The position numbers were made by a program, and so were the translations under genes. Of a stretch of 38,513 bases of DNA, positions 9,619 through 18,105 are shown piece after piece. Each line of letters begins with the position of its first letter. Positions within the stretch are counted from its first letter, which is position 1. The stretch comes from an uncultured Gammaproteobacteria bacterium. GTDB lineage: Bacteria; Patescibacteriota; Patescibacteriia; Magasanikbacterales; UBA922. Location: the NCBI GenBank assembly GCA_964457885.1, contig CAYWFD010000001.1, positions 1-38,513 on the forward strand. The letters are read 5' to 3'. The notes below the pieces were generated by a model. The model saw nothing but the letters and a program-made list of their open reading frames with translations, was not told the DNA's origin and did not search any database.

Positions 9619-10767
9619 TTGTGGTGTTCCTGCTGTTTCTTTGAGGTGGGTCACAATTTCCTCCTCAACCTCCTTGAGTGTCCTGCCGGAAATCGAGAAT
9701 GTGGCATCATCTTCGTCTCCCATTGCCTCATATTTTTTCATCATTTCAGTGGCATGGACATTCGGAATTACTTTGAGCATCCCATGAATATTACCGGATG
9801 AATCAGACGGATTTTCATACAATACGAGAATGATTTTTGCATCAGGAGAAAATGAGATGAGTTCGTCGATGATGGTCGAGAGATCAGTACTGTGGGCACC
9901 GGTACGGACAAAATCATCACGCGTAAGTGTGGTAGAAACAATACCGTATACGGAATCATACACGAGGTGTGATAACGCAGCACCCCAGAGTTTGAAAGCT
10001 GCAATTGATTTGGTTTGGTACAGCTGTTCAATGATGTAGGCACGGTCAGCACCGAGTTCGACCAGCTTACTTGCGGTTCCCAGCGTGTGCGGACGCACCT
10101 TTTTGTCTTTGAAGCTGTTGGTACCTGCAATAATGCCGGCAAGGAGTGCCGTTGCAATATCTCCGGTCATGAGCTCAGGCTTATAGGTATTCAAGAGTTC
10201 GTACACAATTTCAGACGTCGTACTTGCAGGGAGGTCGACGAGATTGATATGCCCGAATAACTCGTTCGACGCTTTATGATCGATATTGATGATCGGTGTC
10301 TTGAAGAAAAATTCTTCGTGGTGCGTATAGAGGGAGCCGAGCGCTGCAAGTGTAGGAGTATCCAGCACCATGACTGCGTCGTATTTGAATTCAGTTTGGC
10401 TTGTCCGGATAAGGTCTTTGGTATAAAAGCCGTTCTTGGGTGTGATGAAGAGTCGAAGTTTTTCATCTTTGATATCATATCTCAGATTCGACAGTCCATT
10501 TTTTGAAATATCCATGGTAATGAGAAACTGATGCAAATTACCGAGTGATGAGGAAATCGATGGTGAACCCTTGAGGAATGAGAATCGTTGGTCGAGCACA
10601 AACCCATCGCTTGCAATGTGGATTTTCTTACCAAGAGACTCCAAAAAAAGTTTCAATGCCAAAGAAGCCGCAATGGCGTCACCATGCGATTCTTTCTTGA
10701 AGGTGATAAGAATATGCTTCTTGTCTTCAAGGGCTCGGATTACTTGTTGCTGTACGTAGAGTCCCAT
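9616..10767 (-). CDS. DHH-family phosphoesterase-like protein (NrnA-like architecture, degenerate catalytic motifs)
   Basis: Overall NrnA-like layout: HILITFKKESHGDAIAASLAL (motif I region), VMVLDTP (motif II), INIDHKASN (motif III, DHK instead of DHH) and LLAGIIAGTNSF (motif IV region). No GGGH motif is seen in the C-terminal domain. Confidence 0.7.
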   Translation of the reverse strand: MGLYVQQQVIRALEDKKHILITFKKESHGDAIAASLALKLFLESLGKKIHIASDGFVLDQRFSFLKGSPSISSSLGNLHQFLITMDISKNGLSNLRYDIKDEKLRLFITPKNGFYTKDLIRTSQTEFKYDAVMVLDTPTLAALGSLYTHHEEFFFKTPIINIDHKASNELFGHINLVDLPASTTSEIVYELLNTYKPELMTGDIATALLAGIIAGTNSFKDKKVRPHTLGTASKLVELGADRAYIIEQLYQTKSIAAFKLWGAALSHLVYDSVYGIVSTTLTRDDFVRTGAHSTDLSTIIDELISFSPDAKIILVLYENPSDSSGNIHGMLKVIPNVHATEMMKKYEAMGDEDDATFSISGRTLKEVEEEIVTHLKETAGTPQ

Positions 10768-11013
10768 AATAACAAAGGGTATGAGAATAGGGTATCATAA
10801 TTTGCTGGTATATCGCGATAACCCAAAAAAACACCAGTCCCTTTTGGCACAGCATGGGAAAAAACAAAAAGGGGATAGGAGACTATAACAGAGATTAAAA
10901 TTATTGTCAACAGTGCGGTTTTTTGGAATTTTGGAAGGTAAAAAAGGCCATAGTTAGAGCAAATTTGTCTAATTCTTGCTAAAATACGAGCTTTAGGATA
11001 GAATTTTACCTAT

Positions 11014-14000
11014 ATGTCCCATAAAGAACTCCCCAAAGCCTACGAGCCATCCCAGTATGAAGATGCATTATATCGTCGCGCACAGGATAGTGGCTTTTTT
11101 TCGCCGGACAAGCAGCCGGAATGGGTAAAAAATGATGAAACTCGGGAATCCTTCAGCATGGTCTTGCCTCCGCCGAATGTGACCGGAACCCTTCATATGG
11201 GACATGCGGTCATGCTGGCGATTCAGGACGTCTTGGCACGGTATCACCGGATGAAAGGGGATCGTACCCTTTGGGTGCCAGGAACGGACCACGCAGCAGT
11301 TGCAACCGAATCGAAAGTGGAAAAAATGTTGATCGAGAAAGGAATGAAAAAACCAAAAGCAGAATTTGGCCGTGAAAAGTTTTTAAAAGAAGTGGAAAAA
11401 TTCGCACAAGATTCTCATGACACGATTGTGAACCAGGCAAAAAAGATGGGTGCCTCGCTCGACTGGTCTCGTGAGGCATATACGCTCGATCATGCGCGCA
11501 ATACCGCAGTGAACACACTTTTCACGATGATGTATGATGATGGGCTTATTTACCGTGGTTACCGCGTCATCAATTGGTCCGTCAAAGGTCAGTCCACCTG
11601 CAGTGATGATGAGCTCGTCTATGTGGAGCGACCGGGAAAACTGTACTATTTCAAATATGGACCTGAATGTCCGATCACTATTGCGACCACTCGACCTGAG
11701 ACAAAATTAGGAGATACGGCAATTGCGGTCAATCCAGAAGGGAAATGGAAGAAATATATTGGTGAATATTTTAAGATTGAAAATTTTGGTCAGACCGGAC
11801 ACACGCTTACGCTCAAAGTTATCGCTGATGAAAATGTCGATGATAATTTTGGTACCGGCGCACTTGGAGTGACTCCAGCACATAGCCAGATTGACTTCGA
11901 CATGTATCAGAGACAGAAGGCGAAAGGAGTGAACATTGATTTGATTCAGGTAATTGGTGAAGATGGAAACATGACAGCGAGCGCAGGAAGTGACTATGTA
12001 GGACTCAGTGTTACGGAAGCCCGAAAAAAAGTTGTCGCATGGCTTGAGAAATCAGGTCTTCTTGAGAAATCAGAAGATACGATGCAGAATGTAGGAACCA
12101 GTGACCGGTTTGGGGACGTGGTGGAACCATTACCGAAGACGCAATGGTTTATTGACGTGAACAAAGAATTTACTCTGAAGAATTCGAAATTAAAAGAATT
12201 CAAATCAGGTGACAAAGCAACACTCAAAAAATTGATGCAGTCAGTAGTAAAGACTGGTGAAATTGAGATTATTCCTGATCGATTCAATAAAACCTATTTC
12301 CATTGGATCGACAATCTACGTGATTGGAATATCAGTCGCCAGATTTGGTATGGGCATCAGATTCCCGTATGGTATAGAGGCGAAGAAATTTACTGCGGTA
12401 CTACGGCACCAGAAGGTGAAGGATGGAAACGAGATCCAGACACGCTTGATACGTGGTTTAGTTCAGGTTCATGGACGTTTTCAACATTAGGTTGGCCACG
12501 TACACACGTAGGATTTATACGACATGGAGAAGCTGAAAATAATGTCGCGAAAGTAGTAAATGACGATATTTCGGGTAGTAATTTAACTGAAAAAGGTAGA
12601 AAACAAGTTAATGATCTTGCGAAAGAAGTTAAAAATGAAGGTTTTGAATTAATTGTGTCTTCTCCTGTCCTACGAACCAGACAAACTGCTGAGATTTTAG
12701 CTGAAAAACTAGGGCTACCTGTGGAATTTGATGAACGAATAAGAGAGGTTGGATTTGGTAAACTCGACCACCATACAGAGGCTGAAATTGAGAAAGAACG
12801 TGAAATAAAAGGCTGGATGGTAAAAACACCGTTTGGTATGGAATCATACGTATCGCTCCGCAAGCGAACACATGCTTTTATGCAAGATTTGCTTGCTAAG
12901 TATCCAGGTAAAAAAATATTACTTGTATCTCATGGTGATACGCTTGGGGTGTTGAAACAGTTTGGGACTGATCTCTATACCAATGAAATCGGTTCGACTC
13001 AGGAGAAAGCAAGCTGTGACCTACGTACGTTTGCAAACAATGGACGACAGTCAGATGATCTATCACTTTTCCATCCGACTTCAGTACTCGAAACGGGCTA
13101 CGACATCCTGTTCTTCTGGGTTGCGCGCATGATCCTCATGAGTACGTACGCACTTGGCGAAGTACCGTTTAAGACAGTGTATCTCCATGGACTCGTACGA
13201 GATGAACAGGGTCGAAAAATGAGCAAATCTCTCGGTAATATTATCGATCCTTTGGAAATGATCGGTAAGTATGGAACTGATGCAACGCGATTGTCGCTTC
13301 TAATTGGAGGAACTCCAGGAAACGATATGCGATTGAGCGAAGAAAAAATCGCAGGCTTTAGAAATTTTACGAACAAGCTCTGGAATATTTCACGGTTCAT
13401 GCTCCTCAATATTGAAAATCCCGCTCGAGATCCGAAGGAGCCAAAAGCAGAGACTGCTGCAGACGAATGGATTTTGTACAAATTGAATACCGTTATCGAG
13501 CAGGTAGTTAAGTATCTCGAATCCTATCAATTCTCCCTTGCCGGAGAAACACTTCGAGATTTTACCTGGGGAGAACTCGCAGACTGGTATCTTGAAATCG
13601 CGAAAGTCGAAGGTAATAAAAGTGACATCTTAAATTACATTCTCAATACGATTCTCAAACTTTGGCATCCATACATGCCATTTGTCACGGAACAGATCTG
13701 GCAGGAAGTCTATGGAGGGGAGTCTCTCATGGTAGAAAAGTATCCGGTACCAGGAAAACGAAAGAAAGAGGGTAAAGAAATTGTATTTATCGACACAGTA
13801 CTTATACCAACTATAGTAAAGATTCGTACGATTCGTGCTGAGTATAACATTGATCCAGGAAAAATAATTAACATTGAAATACAATCTGACTCAAGTTATA
13901 AAAAATTGTTTGATGAGTATGGACTAGTAATTGAGCGATTGGGAAGAAGTAAGCGTTATGTTTTGAAAGCAGAATCAGGTTCGTTTGTAATCGGTGGTTC

Positions 14001-14238
14001 GAAGACCTCTTTTGACCTTGGAGGAATAGTTGATGTGGAAAAAGAGCGTGCGCGAATTGAAAAGGAAATTGCTGTGGTCGAACCCTATGTGATTTCCCAG
14101 AAGAAGAAATTGGAAAACAAATCTTTTGTCGACAATGCGCCGAGTGCAGTAGTGGAAGCTGAACGGAAGAAACTTGCAGATGCTGAACAGAAGTTGAACT
14201 CATTGCACGAACAACGTAAGAATTTAATCTCTAATTAA
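11014..14238 (+). CDS. valS: valine--tRNA ligase carrying an internal histidine-phosphatase domain insertion
   Basis: PPPNVTGTLHMGHA (HIGH-type), TTRPETKLGDTAIAVNP and GTGALGVTPAHSQIDFD (editing domain), DTWFSSGSW.FSTLGWP, TGYDILFFWVARM, RKMSKSLGN, and a C-terminal coiled coil (KERARIEKEI...). It is 1074 aa because of the about 184-aa insert. Confidence 0.9.
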   Translation: MSHKELPKAYEPSQYEDALYRRAQDSGFFSPDKQPEWVKNDETRESFSMVLPPPNVTGTLHMGHAVMLAIQDVLARYHRMKGDRTLWVPGTDHAAVATESKVEKMLIEKGMKKPKAEFGREKFLKEVEKFAQDSHDTIVNQAKKMGASLDWSREAYTLDHARNTAVNTLFTMMYDDGLIYRGYRVINWSVKGQSTCSDDELVYVERPGKLYYFKYGPECPITIATTRPETKLGDTAIAVNPEGKWKKYIGEYFKIENFGQTGHTLTLKVIADENVDDNFGTGALGVTPAHSQIDFDMYQRQKAKGVNIDLIQVIGEDGNMTASAGSDYVGLSVTEARKKVVAWLEKSGLLEKSEDTMQNVGTSDRFGDVVEPLPKTQWFIDVNKEFTLKNSKLKEFKSGDKATLKKLMQSVVKTGEIEIIPDRFNKTYFHWIDNLRDWNISRQIWYGHQIPVWYRGEEIYCGTTAPEGEGWKRDPDTLDTWFSSGSWTFSTLGWPRTHVGFIRHGEAENNVAKVVNDDISGSNLTEKGRKQVNDLAKEVKNEGFELIVSSPVLRTRQTAEILAEKLGLPVEFDERIREVGFGKLDHHTEAEIEKEREIKGWMVKTPFGMESYVSLRKRTHAFMQDLLAKYPGKKILLVSHGDTLGVLKQFGTDLYTNEIGSTQEKASCDLRTFANNGRQSDDLSLFHPTSVLETGYDILFFWVARMILMSTYALGEVPFKTVYLHGLVRDEQGRKMSKSLGNIIDPLEMIGKYGTDATRLSLLIGGTPGNDMRLSEEKIAGFRNFTNKLWNISRFMLLNIENPARDPKEPKAETAADEWILYKLNTVIEQVVKYLESYQFSLAGETLRDFTWGELADWYLEIAKVEGNKSDILNYILNTILKLWHPYMPFVTEQIWQEVYGGESLMVEKYPVPGKRKKEGKEIVFIDTVLIPTIVKIRTIRAEYNIDPGKIINIEIQSDSSYKKLFDEYGLVIERLGRSKRYVLKAESGSFVIGGSKTSFDLGGIVDVEKERARIEKEIAVVEPYVISQKKKLENKSFVDNAPSAVVEAERKKLADAEQKLNSLHEQRKNLISN
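12499..13050 (+). other. histidine phosphatase superfamily (PGAM/CobC-type, branch 1) domain embedded in valS
   Basis: VGFIRHGEAENN, LTEKGRKQ, IVSSPVLRTRQTAEIL, EVGFGKLD and LLVSHGDTLG. It is in frame with ValRS on both sides and has no stop codons. Confidence 0.75.
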
Positions 14239-14251
14239 TATCTTTATTCGT

Positions 14252-14629
14252 ATGGACAAGAAAAAAACAAATCTCATCTGGTGGGTTGCTGGACTCCTCA
14301 TTCTCGCAGGAATCATCGGACTGTCGGTATATCAGAAGAATCAGCCAGGTGAATTTGACGAATTTGCGACCTGTATCAAAGATAGCGGTACCATTTTCTA
14401 TGGTGCATTCTGGTGCCCACATTGCCAGTCGCAAAAGGCACTCTTTGGAAAGTCAGCAGATTTACTTCCGTATATTGAGTGTTCTACACCAAGCAAGTCA
14501 CAGAATAAAATATGTAATGATGCAGGGATCGAATCGTATCCGACTTGGAAATTCCCGGATGGTGCAATCGCTACGGGCGAACTTTCATTCCAAGAGCTCT
14601 CTGACAAGACCAAATGTGAAATCAAGTAG
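14252..14629 (+). CDS. membrane-anchored thioredoxin-like protein (CPHC), of the type found fused to or partnered with bacterial VKOR
   Basis: The N-terminal TM segment is LIWWVAGLLILAGIIGLSV. FYGAFWCPHCQSQKALFG...YIEC...C..AGIESYPTW resembles the Trx-like domain of VKOR-Trx fusions. Confidence 0.7.
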   Translation: MDKKKTNLIWWVAGLLILAGIIGLSVYQKNQPGEFDEFATCIKDSGTIFYGAFWCPHCQSQKALFGKSADLLPYIECSTPSKSQNKICNDAGIESYPTWKFPDGAIATGELSFQELSDKTKCEIK

Positions 14630-14640
14630 TGTTACGCAAG

Positions 14641-14669
14641 TTGATTTTAGCCTCGCCCATTGATATAGT
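14641..14669 (+). promoter_or_regulatory. putative promoter giving a leaderless or near-leaderless tyrS mRNA
   Basis: TTGATT (14641..14646), 17-nt spacer, then TGaTATAGT (TATAGT 14664..14669). The ATG at 14678 is only 8 nt after the -10 element. Confidence 0.45.
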
Positions 14670-14677
14670 TCTCCCGT

Positions 14678-15859
14678 ATGAAAATTTCAACCGACAAGAA
14701 AAAAATTGATGAATTACTTTCGCGCGGAGTCGAAAGTGTGATTGATAAGAATCATTTGAAAAAGCGTCTGGAATCAGGGGAAAAACTCCGGATCAAATTA
14801 GGTATTGATCCGACCAGCCCGAATTTGCATCTGGGCCGCTCGATCCCGCTTCTCAAAATGCGTGATTTCCAGGAGCTCGGTCACCAGCTGGTTTTTATTG
14901 TCGGTGATTTTACTGGGGTCATCGGTGACACATCAGACAAAGACAGCGAGCGACCTATGCTCGAGAGAGAGCACGTGAAGAAGAATATGAAGAGCTATGT
15001 GGAGCAGGCAGGAAAAATCATCGATATCAAGAGAGCGGAAGTGCAGTATAATAGCACATGGCTGTCAAAAATCGACTATAATCAACTCGGTGAACAGGCA
15101 GATGCGTTTTCCCTTGCGGAATTTATCGCACGCGACAATATCCGACGTCGTCTGGAAGCAGGGACCCGTGTATCACTTCGTGAAGTATTGTATCCGCTGA
15201 TGCAGGGATATGATTCGGTTGCAGTCAAAGCCGATGTCGAGCTCGGTGGTACGGATCAAAGGTTCAATCTGCTTGCAGGTAGAACCTTGCAGGCTCGATT
15301 CGGGCAGGAACCGCAGGATATCATCATGAATCCACTAGTGGAAGGCACTGACGGCAGAAAAATGAGCTCAAGCTGGGGGAATACAGTCAATTTGAACGAC
15401 ACTCCGAATGATATGTTCGGGAAAATCATGAGTATTCCGGACAACCTCATTATTCCATACTTTACCTACATGACCCGGGTACCAATGGGCACGGTTGAGG
15501 AGTATGAAAAAGACATGAGAGTGGGCGGTAATCCGCGTGATTACAAAGTAAAACTTGCGGGTGAATTGGTACGTTTTTATCATGGTGAAAAAGAAGCGTC
15601 GGCTGCTGAGGAATATTTTGTGGCAACGTTCGCAAAAAAAGAAATGCCGACAGATATCACGGAATTGCGGCCGAGTGCGTACGACATTATTACGGTATTG
15701 AAAGAAGCGCAATTCGCGACAAGTACGAGCGACGCGAGGCGTACGATTGAAGGTGGCGGAGTCAAAATCAACGACAAGAAAGTCACCTCATACGAGGAGA
15801 CATGCACGGCAGGAGATATTATCCAGAAAGGAAAGAGGTTTTTTGTAAAAGTGGTATGA
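14678..15859 (+). CDS. tyrS: tyrosine--tRNA ligase
   Basis: DPTSPNLHLGRSIPL (HIGH-type), GDFTGVIGDTSDK, GGTDQRFN, KMSSSWGN (KMSKS-type) and a C-terminal S4-like SDARRTIEGGGVKIND. Confidence 0.9.
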   Translation: MKISTDKKKIDELLSRGVESVIDKNHLKKRLESGEKLRIKLGIDPTSPNLHLGRSIPLLKMRDFQELGHQLVFIVGDFTGVIGDTSDKDSERPMLEREHVKKNMKSYVEQAGKIIDIKRAEVQYNSTWLSKIDYNQLGEQADAFSLAEFIARDNIRRRLEAGTRVSLREVLYPLMQGYDSVAVKADVELGGTDQRFNLLAGRTLQARFGQEPQDIIMNPLVEGTDGRKMSSSWGNTVNLNDTPNDMFGKIMSIPDNLIIPYFTYMTRVPMGTVEEYEKDMRVGGNPRDYKVKLAGELVRFYHGEKEASAAEEYFVATFAKKEMPTDITELRPSAYDIITVLKEAQFATSTSDARRTIEGGGVKINDKKVTSYEETCTAGDIIQKGKRFFVKVV

Positions 15860-17577
15860 TCAGATACGTACACGAACATATTGCGGGGTTGCTTGAAACA
15901 ATCGGAATACCGGAACATCATATTACACTCACGATTCCGCCTAAAAAAGAAATGGGAGACGCAGCATTCCCTGTTTTTCAGTATGCTAAAGAACAGGAAG
16001 TACATCCAGTCGAAGCAGCAAAACAATTGGCAGAAAAATTTAATCAAGAGACTGAAGATACTCTCGTCGAGCGTGCTGAAGCATTCGGGCCATATGTCAA
16101 TTTTTTCTTGAATGATCGCGAGCTTGCACAAGTAGTACTGAATCTTGCGACTCGAAATTCTGCTGCGCCTGCAGATTCAAAAGGTTCGATCATGATCGAA
16201 TTTATTTGCGCAAATACACACAAAGCATTCCATATCGGCCATCTTCGAAATGCGATTCTCGGAGAATCATTGGTGCGATTGCACGAACACGCAGGCTATC
16301 GAGTAATACGTACTACGTATGGAGGAGATGTGGGTATGCATATTGCAAAATGCCTGTGGGGAATTGAAAAACTTCATGAAAAATATGAAGAGGTAAAGCA
16401 GAATACATTCATCGAAGAGCGCATGAAATTTATCGGTGAGGCATATGCATATGGCGCAACACAGTTTGAGAAAGATGAACACGCACAAGAGGAGATCAAA
16501 CAGTACAATGAAATGATTTATAAAAAGGATCCAGCCATCAAAGAGGTCTACGAAACCACTCGAAGTTGGAGTCTTGAAAATCTTGAGAGAATTTATCAAT
16601 TGCTCGGCATTCAATTCGATCGATATTACTTTGAATCAGAAGTTTTTGAACGTGCAATTGGAATTGTTACTGAAGGTCTTGCACAAGGAATCTTTGAAAA
16701 AAGCGATGGCGCAGTGATATTTAAGGGAAGCGAACACGGCCTGCATGATCGAGTATTCCTCAATAGCAAAGGGCTTCCGACATATGAAGCAAAAGATCTG
16801 GCTCTCGCAGAGAAAGAATTCGGGGAGTATCATCCGGATGCGATTTATCATGTGATCGGGCCCGAACAGTCTGAGTATCTCAAAGTTCTGTTTAAAGCCC
16901 TTGAATATACCTTGGCTGAAAGCGCGGGAAAAGAGTTCCATATTCCCTATGGTTGGGTCGATCTCAAGGGAATGAAAATGAGTTCTCGGACTGGGGATGT
17001 GGTGACGGCTGAAGATCTGATCAAAGAAGTGAAGATACACATCAGGGAGCACATGGAATCAAGCGAAGTCAAAGCAAAACTTTCGTCTGAAGAGAAAGAG
17101 AGTGTGATTGAAAACGTATCAATGGGGGCGGTGAAATACGCATTCCTCAAGACCGGACGAGTGAACAATATCACCTTCGATATGCAGGAGTCGGTCTCAA
17201 CCTCGGGAGACAGTGGACCGTATTTGCTCTACATCGTTGCGCGCTTCAAAAGTATTCTCGCGAAAAGTACTTCTGACGCGAAGAGCGGGAACATATCCAT
17301 TCCCGAAGTTCTCGAGCCAGCAGAACGTGCATTGATCATTAAGCTTGGAGAGTTTGAAAGTGCAGTCGACGAGGCGATTGAAGCGAAAGATCCGTCAAAA
17401 ATCGCGCAATATCAATTTGAACTTTCGCAAAGCGCGAATCAATTCTATCACGAGTGCCCAGTCCTTGGCGCAGAAGAAGTAATCCGGGGATTCCGTCTTG
17501 CTCTAATTAAAAAAGTGGTCCATACTATGGAAGTTGGTTTTGATCTTCTCGGAATTACTACGGTTGAACACATGTAA
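15856..17577 (+). CDS. argS: arginine--tRNA ligase
   Basis: ANTHKAFHIGHLRNAILGESL, MSSRTGDVVTAEDL and the DALR-type anticodon-binding GPYLLYIVARFKSIL. The start is set at ATG 15856, giving an ATGA overlap with the tyrS stop (15857..15859). Confidence 0.85.
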   Translation: MIRYVHEHIAGLLETIGIPEHHITLTIPPKKEMGDAAFPVFQYAKEQEVHPVEAAKQLAEKFNQETEDTLVERAEAFGPYVNFFLNDRELAQVVLNLATRNSAAPADSKGSIMIEFICANTHKAFHIGHLRNAILGESLVRLHEHAGYRVIRTTYGGDVGMHIAKCLWGIEKLHEKYEEVKQNTFIEERMKFIGEAYAYGATQFEKDEHAQEEIKQYNEMIYKKDPAIKEVYETTRSWSLENLERIYQLLGIQFDRYYFESEVFERAIGIVTEGLAQGIFEKSDGAVIFKGSEHGLHDRVFLNSKGLPTYEAKDLALAEKEFGEYHPDAIYHVIGPEQSEYLKVLFKALEYTLAESAGKEFHIPYGWVDLKGMKMSSRTGDVVTAEDLIKEVKIHIREHMESSEVKAKLSSEEKESVIENVSMGAVKYAFLKTGRVNNITFDMQESVSTSGDSGPYLLYIVARFKSILAKSTSDAKSGNISIPEVLEPAERALIIKLGEFESAVDEAIEAKDPSKIAQYQFELSQSANQFYHECPVLGAEEVIRGFRLALIKKVVHTMEVGFDLLGITTVEHM

Positions 17578-17583
17578 CTGCAT

Positions 17584-18072
17584 ATGTTGTCTTTTTTAAA
17601 AGAAATCATTACGGATGTCCGTGAAGCTCGTATCCCAGGCTGGCTTTTTTGGGTGATTATCGTATGTGCGGGAATTGGTTTTCTTGATGCAAGTTTTTTG
17701 TCGATCGAACATGTCGTCACCTCATTCAATGGGGGCGGAGTGAATTGTATTGTGGGTTCTCCTGGATCATGTAATATTGTGCTGGAAAGCATTTATGCGA
17801 AAGTGCAGGGTATCCCGCTGTCGTATCTTGGCCTCCTCTATTATACGGCGATTATTATCCTCATTACCCGCCTGCACGCGGCCCGAAAAATACATCTATG
17901 GTTATTGCTCCGGGGAATTATCACCTGCGGTTTCCTCGCGAGTCTCTACTTTGTCTATCTGCAGCTGGTAGTATTGCGGACGATCTGTCCCTACTGCATG
18001 CTCTCAGCGGCGATGTCTGCGATCATGTTTGCAGGTGTAGTGTCCCATCACGTTAAAAAACAGCTTAAATAA
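17584..18072 (+). CDS. vitamin K epoxide reductase (VKOR) family membrane protein
   Basis: There are about four hydrophobic helices, a loop cysteine pair (GGVNCIVGSPGSCN), YAKVQGIPLSYLG, and CPYC in the last helix. Confidence 0.75.
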   Translation: MLSFLKEIITDVREARIPGWLFWVIIVCAGIGFLDASFLSIEHVVTSFNGGGVNCIVGSPGSCNIVLESIYAKVQGIPLSYLGLLYYTAIIILITRLHAARKIHLWLLLRGIITCGFLASLYFVYLQLVVLRTICPYCMLSAAMSAIMFAGVVSHHVKKQLK

Positions 18073-18082
18073 GCTGTTTTTT
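18055..18082 (+). terminator. intrinsic terminator overlapping the VKOR stop codon
   Basis: AAAAAACAGCTT-aaat-AAGCTGTTTTTT; the TAA stop (18070..18072) straddles the loop and the 3' stem arm of the hairpin. Confidence 0.6.
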
Positions 18083-18105
18083 GTAAACAAAAATAAAACA
18101 AAATT

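Noticed and set aside
12390-12863. 157-aa minus-strand ORF lying antisense to the ValRS insert
   Set aside because: It is a Ser/Pro-rich low-complexity translation with no family features. It is fully contained antisense within a strongly supported coding region, so it is a shadow ORF.
12499-13050. Could the ValRS insert be an intein or a nested mobile gene?
   Set aside because: The insert starts R-T-H-V and is followed by S-D-D. There is no Cys/Ser/Thr at the upstream junction, no terminal His-Asn, and no TxxH or homing-endonuclease (LAGLIDADG/HNH) blocks. Instead it carries the full RHG...R...H histidine-phosphatase motif set. It also has no internal start/RBS or stop that would make it a separate gene.
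14286-14663. 125-aa ORF overlapping the Trx-like gene in another frame (same length as the real gene)
   Set aside because: The translation is Ser/Arg-rich with no motifs, whereas the 14252 frame has a TM anchor plus the CPHC thioredoxin motif.
15580-16131. 183-aa minus-strand ORF across the tyrS/argS junction
   Set aside because: It is antisense to two well-supported aaRS genes and gives a Phe/Cys/Ser-rich nonsense translation.
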